Assembly (NCBI GenBank): GCA_051362555.1
Contig: CM120645.1
Coordinates: forward strand, 7,936,001 to 8,000,000
From: Lingula anatina
Taxonomy: Eukaryota; Animalia; Brachiopoda
DNA: 64,000 nt
Direction: 5' to 3'
Shown here in pieces: positions 37,164 to 51,273 of this stretch (positions within the stretch are counted from its first letter, which is position 1; each line of letters opens with the position of its first letter). The notes below the pieces were generated by a model, which saw only the letters and a list, made by a program, of their open reading frames with translations, was not told the DNA's origin and did not search any database. A program made the translations under genes and the position numbers.

Positions 37164-40100
37164 ATGGAAGCAGCTGATAATGTCTTGTTGAAAACTGTGC
37201 TAATACACAACAAAAAGAACTGTCTAGTTACTTTATTTTCAACTCATATTTGTTGGGGATTAACGTCTTGTGGAGCAGATGCCATTGGACAATATTTAGA
37301 ACCGTTTTACTGTGAGTATACCATTTAGTTTCAGTCTCAAGAAGTACATCATACACGTCGTTACATGATCTTGGACTTGATATCGAGTTATCTAACGTGA
37401 ATTCCTGTTATAAATATCACATCAAAATCAATCTTATAATTTGAGCCAAATAATGATATCGGCAAGCTTTTTAAAGCGAAAGCAGGACAAATTTTCATTT
37501 CGTGATGATGTATGATTCAAGAATATCTTGAATGTTGGTTTATTTATTTATTTTTTATTTATATTTTGTATTTGATTTATTTGAGTGAAAAGTTCAAAGT
37601 TTTCAAACAAGAACAAAAATATTAACAGTAACCCCATAAATGAAGGTGGCCCCAGACCTTCCACTATTTTTATAAGTAATCTGTAAAGTTTATTTTTAAT
37701 TATGACACAAATGATAAACACCCTCAGAATGATAAACTGATTGAAAACTTATTGCTAGATTTTTGGATCTGTTTTAACATAAACCTTCTACACCAAGGTT
37801 ATCTTGTATTTTGGTTGGCACATTGCCTTATTTGTGGTTCTGTGGGAATTTCAACTACATGTATGCCATACATAAGATGTCAAATTCTAACTTAAAATTT
37901 TACCCAAATAACAAAATTGACAAGCTTTTTAAAGCAAAAGTTAGACAGATTTTTATTTTGTGATAATGTGTAATTCAAGAATGTCTTGAATGTTGGTTTA
38001 TTAATTTTAGATTATTTTTATTTTGCATTGGATTTATTTGAGTAAAAAGTTCACAATTTCTAATGGGAACAAAAATATTAACAGTAACCCTATTGTATAC
38101 TGTAGTATATATATATTTTATGAAGGTGACCTCAGACTTTCCACTGTATTTTTTCTTTTTTTTAATATAGACCTTTTACATGAAGGTTATCTTTTATTTT
38201 GGTTGGCACACTGCCTAATTTGTGGTTCTGTGGAAACTTTAAATACATGTATACCATAACATAAACTATGTTGGTGGTTTGGCACTGTGACAGTGCTTTA
38301 GCCTTTTAAAACCTAGTTCACCTAACCGCATACAGAGTTGCTTTGAATATAGAACCATTTCACAGTACCTTCTCATCCATTCCCAAGTTAGATTTGGTCT
38401 TCCAATATGCAGTGAAAAGAAGAAAGAATTTAGTGAATTCACCTTTAACAATAGTTATCTCAGTTAGTAGAGACAAAAATTCAAATGGCAATTTAAATTT
38501 AAGAAAGGGGGTGCTGTGTAATGGCTCTACATAGATAAAATATTTTGTACTTTCTTATAACCATTAATTGTGAGATTTTGAAAGGATACCTGATCATTCT
38601 GATCTGGGCTCCCCATTATGAATGCGAACGGTATTTCAGTTTCAATTTATCCTTTATTACCACAGACCAAAGACATGAGTCAGTCCCTATTCAAGAAATC
38701 ATTGCCATAACCCCTGAGAAAATCCAGCACGCCCAGGAAAAGAAACAAAATGCCTCTTTGGGTATTGAGTTGATTAGCCTCGAGACACGGTCCTTCTGCC
38801 TCCATGTTGTGAAGAGAGTTGGTGGACATAGATGGAGGGTGAGGAAGGTGATATTTGACTGCCCTGATGGCCAGGCTTGTGGAGACTGGATAGATGCTGT
38901 ACAGAGCAGGCTGAACAGTAAAGGTGAGGGCACAGGGGGTTGTTAAATACTAGGATGGTGATTACTCTAGACTATCTTTTCAATGGCCAAAAATGTTCAA
39001 ACTTATAGATTACATAATTTTATAATCACCAAATATTATTTTTCTGTGTGGGAATTTTGGTGCTTTTATTGCATGGAATATAACTATTTGAACAGTAACC
39101 TGCTTTTTAAATTCCGTTGCTACCACTCAATAGAAATGCTCTGATTTTAAGAAATTATGACTTAAAAATACAGTATCTGTAAAGTCTACAATTTTCTCTA
39201 TTGAAAAGATCTGAAAATTACTGTACCCCCCCAAATGGTGTGGATAAATACTAATACCTTCATTCCTGTTGTTACCTCTGCTGAGGAGATTAATAAGAAT
39301 TATGCTTTTGTCTTTGTTGGCTTTTTAGTTACCAGTCTAACTCAAACATTTATGGACTTATTTTGACAGAAAAAAAATTAAGGACTGGTCATGAATGTCA
39401 TATTTCGATTTGCACCCACTAAGGACATTAAACTAATTCTTTTTGTTCTTCTGTTTCATAAGTGGCAATTTTTTACAGGGATATCTTATAGGAAACCCAA
39501 AAGAAAATAAGTTATGTGCATGTAGCTCTATACTAGTATGTATTTGGTGCAATATAGATGATACATGTTATTTTCTAGGGATATCTTTCAAGAATCTATT
39601 TTTTCTGTTGCCACTTGCAAAGAGCTTGAAAACACGAATCTTACATCTTGTTTGACCCTAAAAGAATTCCTATCTGGAAAAAATCAATGCCTTTCAGACA
39701 TGGAAGTCATTAGCTGTATGTGGAATTGCATCTGTATCTAAGAGAGCTATCACTCAAATGTTTATGGTTGCGTTATTGGATTTCATGCACTGATAATCCT
39801 GATCTGCAGCCCACATGGCAGAGGGTCTCATTCTCATGAAATTTGGAACATTTTATTGCTGAGATTGATTATATAGTGCAAAAGGCAGGCCTGCAGCCAG
39901 CAATTTTAAAGTTGGTTCTTTTATTGAAAAAGTTGACCTTAATTTGTATCGCCTTAGTTTTCCCAACTTGAGTGATGTAGTGGCAAAGAACCTGCATTGA
40001 AATTTGATTCAGCTCACACGTTTTCCACCCTAAAGATCTTAAAGTAAATGCATATTAACCTCATCAAATGATACTAGCTATTTTGGCGTAAAACTTATGT

Positions 40101-40734
40101 AGAATTTAACTGGGAATTATACTGGACTCCACTGGACCCTTGATAATTAAGTTGATGAGGGGTGAAGACCTAGGGCAATAACATATGGCCCTAAAAGAAT
40201 ACATATAGGTATTGAATAGCTAATGACATTCAGGTCAGGTTCTTTGCATTTAGCATAAGACTCCCACACAGGTGGTCAGCAGTTTCCTTTGAAGTTGGTA
40301 CTGTGAAGATCCACAGCTGTAGAACTAGTATTTGCCCATTTCCCTTCTTTAATTTTGGCATTACATCAGCTAATAATTAATGAAATGGAGTCATTGCTGT
40401 CATCCAATTTTAGGTTATTCACACAGGTTTACTTGTATTTCTTTTCCATTTCTTATAAAATTTTCTATAGTATGTGTGAATAGTATTTTCATGTATTCTA
40501 GAATATGGCCGTCCTAAGCACCTGCTCACTTTTATCAATCCATTTGGTGGCAAAAGGAAGGCAGTGAAGATTTATGAAGAAAAGATTGAACCATTGTTTT
40601 ACTTAGCAGGGATAGCCAGTGAAGTCATAGGTAGGCCAAAGAAGAAAATACCCTGAAGCCTTAAAATTTTCTGTACTGATTTGATATTATATATTCCAGT
40701 ATGCAACAGATCATTTCTAGACTCAGACACTACC

Positions 40735-40796
<62 letters not shown>

Positions 40797-43700
40797 CTGA
40801 ACTGTCTTTGAAAAAATATATTCTGTTTTAGAAGATCGGCACCTCCTATATCTGAAATCCTGGATCCTCCTCTGTTGTGCACTTAGGGTGAATAATGCTG
40901 TTGCTGATTACATCTCTGACTGCACAATGTTATATGAATGATTTAAAGTATTTTATTTTCACTCATTCCAGTGACTGAGAGAGCCAACCATGCTCATGAT
41001 TATATATTGGAAGAGGATTTAAGACATTATGATGGGTATGGTAAACAGTTCTATTTGCGTAAAGTGATAACTGTAATTTTTTGTTGCTAGTCACAACCCT
41101 GTTCTTCTGTATGTACAAATGTGTTATCCCAAAGAGGTTCATAATATTATGCTTTGGACACCAAACAGTCTTCACCACAATGTTGTCTATGCGTGCGTGC
41201 ATGCACACACACTCACACCCTTCAATGTTGAGTGTCTCTTCATCTGATGATTGCAACTGTGACAGTAGCATGTCACATAAGTGAAGGTTATTACTGAATA
41301 GCTTTTGCATTCTTGGGAGAATTTTTTTTCTTTTTTTCCTACACTGTATAACTTGTTTATCATTTTTCTTTAAGCATAATCTGTGTAGGTGGTGACGGCA
41401 TGTTTGCTGAGCTCCTGAATGGTCTGCTACGACGGACCCAACAGGATGCTGGGATACACGACGCAAATCAGGAAACAAAACTAGTTAATCCTAGGCTCAA
41501 ACTTGGAGTCATTCCAGGAGGTAGGTGTTTATATATTCAGCAACATCTTAAATATTTTTTACTTTATCAAGTAACTAACTGACTGGTAAATGAATCATTT
41601 GATAAGTTGATAATTTAGATAGGCCTAAATTCTTGGGAATATATTTTGTGATTGTTGAGTACAGATTCAACTTGTTGAAATGCTCCATTTCAGGATCAAC
41701 AGATGCAGTTGTCTATACTACCTGTGGTATAAATGACCCTGTCACGTCAGCCTTGCATATTATCATAGGTATGGGGGTTTTGATAAGACTAATGAAAAAA
41801 GACACAAGAATTACACCTTAAAAAAAAACAGAAGTCATCAGAAATTAACTCTTTCATCAATGAATAAAATGCTTTTGAAGTTCTAGTGTAATTGACAGTC
41901 CTACGATTATCCTCTGTGGTTTAGAGAATTAATCTTCAGTTAAAAGACTGTCTTCTTGGATAAAAATGGGAAAGGAGAGTAGTTTGAAAGGTGAAATGTA
42001 ATGACCAATTTTACCACCACTTTGTGTGGAATAGTTATCTTCGTAAAAATATCAATACTTCATGGATTTCCCCCATTCTTTCTTTCCAGGAGAAACTGTC
42101 GGTGTAGATGTTTGCAGTATACACCAGGAAAACCAGATATTACGCTACTGTGTGTCCATGCTGGCTTATGGTTACTTTGGTGATGTGTTGATTGATAGCG
42201 AGAAACACAGGTGGATGGGACCAAAAAGATATGACTGGAGTGGTACAATTCTTTTTCTGTTTAAGATTTAATTTTTGATAGCTTGATTATATTTATAAGA
42301 AGATGAAAGATAATTTAATGTGAATAAAGAAAATTAAAAAATGAAATTAGTGATTAAATAAATAAATTTTTAAAAAGCTGTAAATGGTTAAACCAAGTTA
42401 ATGATATTTGTTTTGAATAAACAAATTGATTTTGCTCCCATGTTCAGAACAGTGTATAAAAAGAACAGTGCTTTGAGAAAAAAATGGCTCTTTCTAGGCT
42501 TTAAACGGTGGTGCAAGAAATTTGTGTATGAGGCAGAGATATCTTATCTGGAGTGTCCTGACACCAGGCATCACCCTAGAGATGGGTCCAGATGTTTTGC
42601 AGGGTATGAACTCTCGCTTTCTCTCTCTTTCTTTCAAACAAAACTACACAAATCCATTTCTTTGTGAAATCAAAGGGCATACTATCAAACATAGTGTAAT
42701 TTTGTATTGAAAAAAATTAACTTGAATATTATTTAAATGTATTCTGTTTCACATGTACACTGGTTCTTACCTACTTCTATACCAAATACCTGACCGTGTG
42801 AGAACACAAAATTCAGCCTGACATTTCTATTTATTTCAGTTGTGAAATTTGCAATTCCATACAACACACAGAAGGAGAGAGCCCGTATTCTGACGACAAG
42901 TGGCAAACCTTCCAAGGACGCTTCATCAGCTTCCAGTCCATCACGATGCCATGTCGCTGCGATCTTAGTCCCAATGGCGTGTCTCCCTCCCAGCACCTTA
43001 GCAACGGCTATACTGATCTCATCATAGCCAAAGAATGTTCACAGGTGGATTTTCTCAGACACATGTGGAGGGTCAAGAGTAAAACAACAGACCAGGTAAT
43101 GATTTAAAGTCCGTTTTTCATCTGTGAATGAGTTGCATAGTAGCAATTGATTTGTGTTGAAATGGAGTTATAGTGGGTGCGTGGGTAGCATCCGTGGCCA
43201 AATCTGTTAAAAACTTGCATATGTTCAACATATTATTCTTAAAAATGACCTTCACGCATGCAAGTCTTACTGGTTATTATTTACAACAGTAACTGTGTTA
43301 TATGAAGTTGGATTCTTTGGGGTAGTTTTTGGTACTTTATAAGTACTGTGAATATGAAAAGATTGCCAAAAAGTTTCATCTTTCAATTTGTTTGATTGGA
43401 AGGAGATGAAACTCGAATGTGTGTGATCATGTTTTAGATGCATATCAAATCACTTTATTTCAGTTTGACTTCGATTTTGTGGAGGTTCATAGGGTAAAAG
43501 CATTTAAATTCCGACCAATCCTAGAAGATGGAGAAGATGAAGAAAATGATGATTCAAATGGGCGGCAGCGTCTAAGAACAAGACAACTACGCGCTAGTTC
43601 TTGGAACTGTGATGGAGAGGTTTTAACAGAAGGTTTTATTGACGTTAAGTAAGTTGATGAAACTTTAAGCAATACTATTAGAAAAAAAAATCATTCATTT

Positions 43701-44048
43701 CATGGTTTTATTTATTTTCCAATGAAGGCCTTCTTACACAAACAGTGGTTTCATTTTAACTATTTATTGTAAAGTGTATTTGTTTTTATCAAAATGTGTG
43801 GTTGTAGAGTAAAACAAAATATGTAGTTATATTATTAAGTTGATAAGAAATACACCTAAAAACTAAAAACCAAAAGAATAACTGATATTTTTATTAAAAA
43901 TAATTAATTTATTTGTTTCATTCAAATTTTAACCACCAGGGTACACCACCAGCTCATAAAGCTTTTTGCTCGGAATATCGAAGATGAAAGGCAGCTGAAA
44001 ACAGACTTCTGTGAGACCAGCTGTTATAGTTGCAGTGCTAGGAGATAA
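37164..44048 (+). CDS. CERK: Ceramide kinase, about 542 aa
   Basis: Exons 37164-37311, 38666-38923, 40502-40630, 40972-41035, 41375-41520, 41694-41768, 42090-42242, 42498-42603, 42840-43095, 43464-43648, 43940-44048 (1629 nt). PH-like N-terminus; RPKHLLTFINPFGGK, CVGGDGMFAELLNGL, GVIPGGSTD, YGYFGDVLIDSEKHRWMGPKRYD; CERK-specific CxxxCxxC (CFAGCEIC); WNCDGE; VHHQLIKLFAR. Confidence 0.95.
37420..38264. repeat. Diverged two-copy tandem duplication in CERK intron 1
   Basis: Matching blocks CAAGCTTTTTAAAGC..CTTGAATGTTGGTTTA (37463 / 37921) and GGTTGGCACA..TTTGTGGTTCTGTGG (37812 / 38201). Confidence 0.85.
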
Positions 44049-44059
44049 TGTGCTGGGTG

Positions 44060-44220
44060 AGACTGCAATGTGTTAGTTGTGACTCCCATTGCGTCAGTTG
44101 TTTGTATAAATGCAATGTGTTAGTTGTGACTCATTGACTCAGTTGTAAGACTGCAATGTGCTAGTTGTGACTTCCATTGTGTCAGTTGTATGACATACAA
44201 TGTGGCCACAACTCCCATTA
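44060..44220 (+). repeat. About 45-bp tandem repeat (about 3.5 units) at the start of the CERK 3' UTR
   Basis: TGCAATGTGTTAGTTGTGACTCCCATTG..TCAGTTGT recurs. Confidence 0.8.
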
Positions 44221-46644
44221 CACAGAGTTTAACAAGAAAGAGAAATTTAAGAATTGTCTCGTACAATGCTTTCCTTGCACCAGGTGTTCATGAAGTTGAC
44301 AGCATATGCTACCAGATATGTTCATTGTTATTGCAGTAAATGTAAGAGATGCTGTTGGAAAGCATTCAAGTTTGACCAGTTTCTTACATTTGAACTTTTG
44401 AAGATTTCATCTTTTCATTGACATATTTTGTTGATAAACTGATGGATAGTAAAGTGGATTATTACAATATAATTATAGAGTAGCTATCATACTCTGTTAG
44501 TGGTAGACTTAAGATATGTTCTTAATTTATAGTTAAATTGTTACATTGTTATGTATTTTAGTAAATAACTGTTATACATGGTTTATCCAAAGATGACGCT
44601 GCTGTTGTAGTGCTTTAATTGACCAAAACTGAGAAAGCTCAAACAATCTAGCTAACTTCCAAGCTCTGTATAATCATCAACATAGTTTTAGAAAATAATA
44701 TAATAGCTTTGGGTACAATCATGGGCAGCTTTAAATGCTACAATGGTAAACAGCTAATAAGTATATGTATCCAGTATAAGTGTTGACCCCTCCAAAGAAA
44801 CCTGGCAATGTTTTTTTGTTTTTTTTGTTTTTTTTTTAATTAAAAAAATTTTTTTTTTAATTTTTTTAAAATAAAATTATATGTATCTGAACATTTGACA
44901 ACTTTTGTCCATTGAAAATAAAACTGAGTAATTACCGTATATATTGGAGGTGTTATATCTATAATGGTGGAATATTTACAGAGTAAGTGGCAAAGTGCAA
45001 TGAGGTGTAGTGTTATAATTTATAAAGTCTATGTGTCTGATAATGCATCCCATCTACTGGTAACATTTTGGTTGTTGTTATGTTATATATGCTAGTTGTT
45101 ATGATGAGATTTTGTGCAAGTTTAATCTTTGCTAGGTGAATGGAATGAGAAGCTTGGTCCAAGTTAACATAATGCTGCAAATATCTTTTAATTTATCTGC
45201 TGAAAGTGGAAGATATTTTTGAATCATTAATTTTTGACAATTTAAAGGTAGTTTGGTGAATAAAATGATGTATTCAATTTTGACAAAATATGTGCTTAAT
45301 ATCTGTAATATGCAGAGAAAATGCTTAATATTTACAGTGTAAAATATCCAAAATGGCTGATTATTCAGTGTAAGCCTTTATATTATATTGTTGAAATTCT
45401 TTCATATGACTGTACAATAACTGTCCCATATTGCTTAACCAGCTCAGTCCAAAAATGTGACAATATTTAAGCACAGTAACAGTGGTACATATGTATGTGT
45501 GCATACACTTAACCACATGGTCATACTGTACTAAATTATAATAAGAGTGTTATGCTGGATAATGTTGTTTTTCAGTTTTTGTATACTGGTCAGTTTAGGA
45601 CAGTATGTTTATAATACAATATGTCTGGAAATTGATGTACATGTGGTATGGGCTGTTTTTGCTTTACGTCTTTTTTATCATGAAAAAAATGATAATAGTT
45701 ACTAATCTTAACTGCTTACCTAAGATCTAAATGGTTATTTTAAAACTTTTTTTCAGATTAAAATAACGCTTATAGCAGTAGATTTATTGTATTATAGTAA
45801 TCAAAAAGAATATTTACTAGATGTTATTTTTGTAATTCACAGTCATATAGTTGATAAACCTTTTGCTATGGTTTCCTTACATCACTTTAGAATATTAAGA
45901 GTTCCACTTAGACAGCTGTGATATATGCTGCTGTTGTCATTGTTATTGGTTCGAAGTACATGCAGTGTATAATTTTTCGTTTATCACAAATTTAATAAGG
46001 GTATCTGTGAAAACAATTGTTTCAGAAAATGTAAAAAGAAATAAGGCTGGATATAGAATTACATCAATTTGAATTTTATTCATTGAACAAATAAAAAATG
46101 TTACATGTTAAAATCCAATGACATTTATTGCTTTTTGTCAACATTCTTTAACATTTATTGTGAGATCTGATAAAAAAACCAATTAAAATTAATAAGAACA
46201 AGATCATTTTACTGTTAATTAAAATGTTTTTTTTTTTTAGACAAGACTGTTTGAGCACAGTTTTAGGCCTAGAGCATCTTCATTTTCCCACAATGTGCCT
46301 CCATATTTCAATCATTCAGATTAATATAAATTTATGAAATAAATATTTCATAAATTTTTGAGACATGGTAGATACTACTTACAAATCTCTTCTTTCTAAA
46401 ATGTATATCAAACGTCGGCAGAAGATAACTGAACAAGATACCACTAAGACATATGCATCTGTTTCCAAAACATCTTTCCTCATTGTTTATAATTTGGACA
46501 AATAAAACACTAAATACGTCATGGTTAAGAATCATTAAACGTTACCTTATAAACTGATAAAACAGAAGCGATTACAGCAACTACAATTTAGCACCCACTT
46601 CCTGCCTATTTCCATAACGCATCCAGTTAAATCTTCAAAACCCA

Positions 46645-48275
46645 TTACAAAAAGAAGGAAGTGAACACTACGTATGAAGTTAAACTCATGGCGTAGTTCC
46701 ACAAAGACATTCTCCCATTTACGGTGACATCCTGACCGTTGCAGAGAGAGCTAGAATTACATGCGCACACTTCACCGACGATGTTTGTGATTCCCACGTG
46801 CGGATACGTCATCCCGGGAAAGTAGGCCGCATCCCAAGTGTCGTTATCACTTGGGCTAAACTGGCGACAACTGTCGTAGAAATCCGTGTTGTTTGGTGCA
46901 CAGGCTCGTGCAAAGGTGTGGATGTTCATGCTGAAGTTTCTCTAAAATTCGGGTTAAAAACTATGACTTAACATGACTACATAACAGCATTTCCATGAAA
47001 TGAAAAGAGAATGGTGTTATCATCTCATTGATCTATGACCATTCCAAAGTGGTTGAAAAAATATCAGGTTGAATTATTAAAATTTCTCTTAAAATATAGC
47101 ACACTGGTATTCCTTTAATTATCAAGGCTGCTCAGCACAGTATATGCTCTTCGTTGGATAATAACTTTGATGATCATCATAATCATTATCAAAATTGTCA
47201 TTATACACTGATCGATTTAATTTGAAAAAAGATTTGAAAATTAAGACCACTATATATGCGTTTAAAAGTAGAAAGGTGAGATTCTATTGCCCTCTGAAAC
47301 TCAGGGCGACTACTGTAAGGCCACATTCACAACCAGTTGATACGCGGACTCACAGATCCACGGACCAAATATGTCCGACCCACATGAAACTAAGTAGCAT
47401 AATAGCCTAAAAAAACTAATAGATATCCCACACGGATTACGCAGCAAGCTTCCAACTGGGTTGTCCATATTTGATCCGCAGATCTGTAAGTCGATCTAAG
47501 TCTGCGGATGGCTAATGAACAACCTACCCCAAACCCTGGCAAAGGGAACTTCATGGTCAGGGTGACGTCACCACGGAGGCATATCCCCGAGTGACAGACA
47601 CTCTTTTTTTCAGGGACGTGCATAATCCGGTTAGCATCAAGGCAGGTCATGTCTTTGGGTATCGCTGAGCTTCCAATAAAATTACTGAAGGTTGCGTCGT
47701 CAGATGCTACTTTGGTGTAGGTACAGTCGAAGCACTCCATACCTGTTGGCGACAAAATGAAAAGACGATACTCTCTCATGAAAAATGTTCTGCCTAAGCA
47801 AACAATGCCTTTACGTACTCAGCTAAATATGTAAATGGGGACATAGGATGTCATTTAACTTACCTTGTACTGTCACCTTTAAACCGGCGTTGGAATACCA
47901 GTTTTTAAAAACATTTATAATAAATCTAACAATTCACATTACCTATAAATAGTAGGATCATTCACATTATGTTCCGTCACACACCACCTCTTAGGGCATA
48001 TGAAAGCAAAGTACGATGTTTTTGACGCATTGAAGATTGACAATGACATATATCGTAGAACCATGTGAAAAACCATAACATTGTTGGTATTTGTGTAGCC
48101 CAAGTGTATCGTTATGGGGAAGCTTAAATATTCAAACTTACTATCTCAACAAATGATACCCACCAGATGATTCGTGTGGCAACATTAGAATCAGAACAGC
48201 AGATGTTATGATTTGTAGTAACAAAGTGAGTGCACTGCCAGTGTCGCTGGGGTTGGCTTTTCTGTAGTTCTCCAT
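46645..48275 (-). CDS. Ly6/uPAR three-finger protein, quiver/sleepless-like, predicted GPI-anchored, copy 1 (207 aa)
   Basis: Exons 48275-48164, 47742-47528, 46941-46645 (624 nt). Signal-like MENYRKANPSDTGSALTLLLQIITSAVLILMLPHESSG, then ECFDC...C...C....C...RAC...C...CACNSSSLCN (10 Cys, terminal CN) and a hydrophobic C-terminus. Confidence 0.85.
47338..47510. mobile_element. Old MITE-like inverted repeat in intron 2 (duplicated at about 50298-50460)
   Basis: TGATACGCGGACTCACAGATCCACGGACCAAATATGTCCGACCC versus the reverse complement of GGGT(T/C)GTCCATATTTGATCCGCAGATCTGT; present in both paralogs, so it predates the duplication. Confidence 0.55.
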
Positions 48276-49687
48276 CTCTCCTTGCTGTGGCAAATATATG
48301 TTTGGATAACGACAAATGAAATCTTCCTATATATCTTGCCTTGTCATTTTATTTTAAAACTTATCGGGACTTAAAACACCCAAGTATTTATATGTAAATC
48401 AGAGTGAAATGACGAAGTTCCAGATTGTCCTGGCAGACGAATTTCGGTCAAAACGAGACTCTCAGTACCCAAAGTTGGCTGTCGCATTGCCGCGTTAGCT
48501 ACATTCCAAACCAGTGATTCCCAACAAAGCATAGTAGGTACAGGGTGTGCATGGTTGGCCCGGTTGGGTCGATCGTGGTTAAGGTTGTTTTTTTCATAAA
48601 CCACAGGAACACAGGAAGCAAGGGAAGCAAGCACAGGAAGCTGGGAAAGGGGGGGGGGCAAAACCATAATCCACTCACCCACGACTTGGGGGGAGGGGTC
48701 TGGCGACCACGCCCCACTACTATAGAAATATCTGGTGTGGTGGTTTTCTACTAATAGCCTAGTGCCTAAAGATGGGATTATTTTCTTGGAGAGATCTGGA
48801 ACCTGTAGCACTGCATTGCGCTTTTTATAAAGTATGTGATTCAGCTGCTGAATAACATAAGTTGAGAAATGATATAAATTCTGTAAACCTACGATAACCT
48901 TAACAATGAAGAAAATAATATATACGTAAATGTAAATTATTATACGTCATGACAGGCTGGTCTCCTCGACATGCTATAAAATACTGAAAAAATACCAAAA
49001 CTCAACAATTTGCATCCACTGATGTTTATAGTCTTAATCTTTCTTCATTTGGGGGCTTTTGGCCACCATTTTTATTTCTATCTTTTCACAATATCTACCC
49101 AGATTAATGTTAAAGTAAAACGAACCCCAATTAACATGGTATTTTTTTTTATCACAAATTTAATAAGGGCATCTGTGAAGACAATTGTTTCAGAAAATGT
49201 AAGAAATAAGGCTGGATATAGAATTACATTGATTTAAGCTTTATTCATTGAACAAATAAAAAAATGTTACATGTTGAAATTCAGTGGCATTTATTGCCTT
49301 TTGTCAACATTCTTTAACATTTATTATGAGATTGGACTATAATCAATTAAAAATAAATAAGAACAAGGTCATTTTACTGTTTAAACATTTGCACCGTTTC
49401 TTGAGACATTGTAGATACCACTTATAAATCTGTTCTTGCTAAAATGTATATCAAACGTCGGCAGAAGATAGCTGAACAAGATACTAATAAGACATATGCA
49501 TCTGTTTCCAGAACATCTTTCCTCATTGTTTATAATTTGGACAAATAAAACACTAAATACGTCATGGTTAAGAATTATTAAACGTTACGTTATAAACTGA
49601 TAAAGCAGAAGTGATTACAGCAACTACAATTAAGCGCCCCTTTTCTGCCTGTTCCCATAAAACATCCAGTTAAATCTTCAAAACCCA

Positions 49688-51273
49688 TTACAAAAACAAG
49701 GAAGTGAACACTACGTATGCAGTTAAACTCATCCCGTAGTTCCACAAAGTCATTCTCCCATTTACGGTGACATCCTGACCGTTGCAGAGAGAGCTAGAAT
49801 TACATGCGCACACTTCACCAACGATGTTTGTGATTCCCACGTGCGGATACGTCATTTCGGGAAAGTAGGACGAATCCCACGTGTCGTTATCACTTGGGCT
49901 TAACTGGCGACACCTGTCGTAGAAATCCGTATTGTTTGGTGCACAGGCTCGTGCAAAGGTGCGGACGTTCATGCTGAAATTTCTCTAAAATTAGGGTTAA
50001 TAACTATGAGTTCATATGACTACATAACAGTCTATGAAACTACATAACTTTCTATGAAATGAAAATAGAATGGTGTTATTGTTTATTGATCTATGACCAA
50101 AGTGGTCGAAAAAATATCAGGTTGAACTATTTTAATAAATATTTAAAAATATTATTATATATATACTGAACCCTTTTCAATTGTAACATTACATACTGTT
50201 TCACTACTGCTCACCCTGCTTTTAAAACTATAAAGGTGAGATTCTATTGCCCTCTGAAACTCTGGGCGAGTACTGTAAGGCCACATTCACAACCAGTTGA
50301 TACGCGGACTCACAGATCCACGGACCAAATATGTCCGACCCACATGGAAGTTTGTCGCATAATCCCTTAAAAAACTAACAGATTTCCCGTACGGGATACG
50401 CAGCAAGCTTCTGATCGGGTCGTCCATATTTGATCCGCAGATCTGTTAGTCCACGGATCAATTTTGGTTGTAAATGCGGCCTATGCGAATGCCTAATGAA
50501 CAACCTACCCCAAACCCGGGCAAAGGGAACTCCATGGTCAGGCTGACGTCACCACGGAGGCATATCCCCGAGTGACAGGCGGTCTTTTTTTCAGGGTCGT
50601 TCCTGATCCGGTGAATATCAAGGCAGGTCATGTCTTTGGGTAGCACCGTGGTTCCCAGAACCTTACTAAAGGATGCGTCGTCAGATGATACTTTGGTGGA
50701 GGTACAGTCGAAGCACTCCATACCTGGTGACGGCAAAATGAAAAGACGCTAGTCTCTCATGAAAAATGTTCTGCCTAAGCAAACAATGCCTTTACGTACC
50801 CAGCTAAATATGTAAATGACGACAATATGATAGCAAAGTACGATGTTTTTGACGTATTGAAGATTGACAATGAAATATATCGTAGAATTACATGTAAAAC
50901 CATGACATCGTTGGTATTTGTGTAGCATAAGTGTATCGTTGTTGTAATATGTGCCTGAAACTTGGTGTGGCGCTTCTTGATCACGTGGGTTTGGAGAGCG
51001 GGAATCAGTAGTGTGGGATGCGCCTTGTAAGGTGACACGATGCATCGTTTCTTCCAAAATAATTCCATATGCATCTGTTGATTTTATTCGTCATTGCATC
51101 ACAACATCGTTATGGGGCGGCTTAAATATTCACACTTACTATCTCAACAAATGATACCCACCAGATGATTCGCCTGGTAACATTAGAATCAGAACAGCAG
51201 ATGTTATGATTTGTAGTAACAAAGTGAGTGCACTGCCAGTGTCGCTGGAGTTGGCTTTTCTGTAGTTCTCCAT
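49688..51273 (-). CDS. Ly6/uPAR three-finger protein, quiver/sleepless-like, copy 2 (207 aa)
   Basis: Exons 51273-51162, 50723-50509, 49984-49688; same exon lengths and Cys pattern as copy 1; ORF intact. Confidence 0.85.

Noticed and set aside
40963-41478. 171-aa minus-strand ORF
   Set aside because: Antisense to CERK exons and intron; no recognisable domain.
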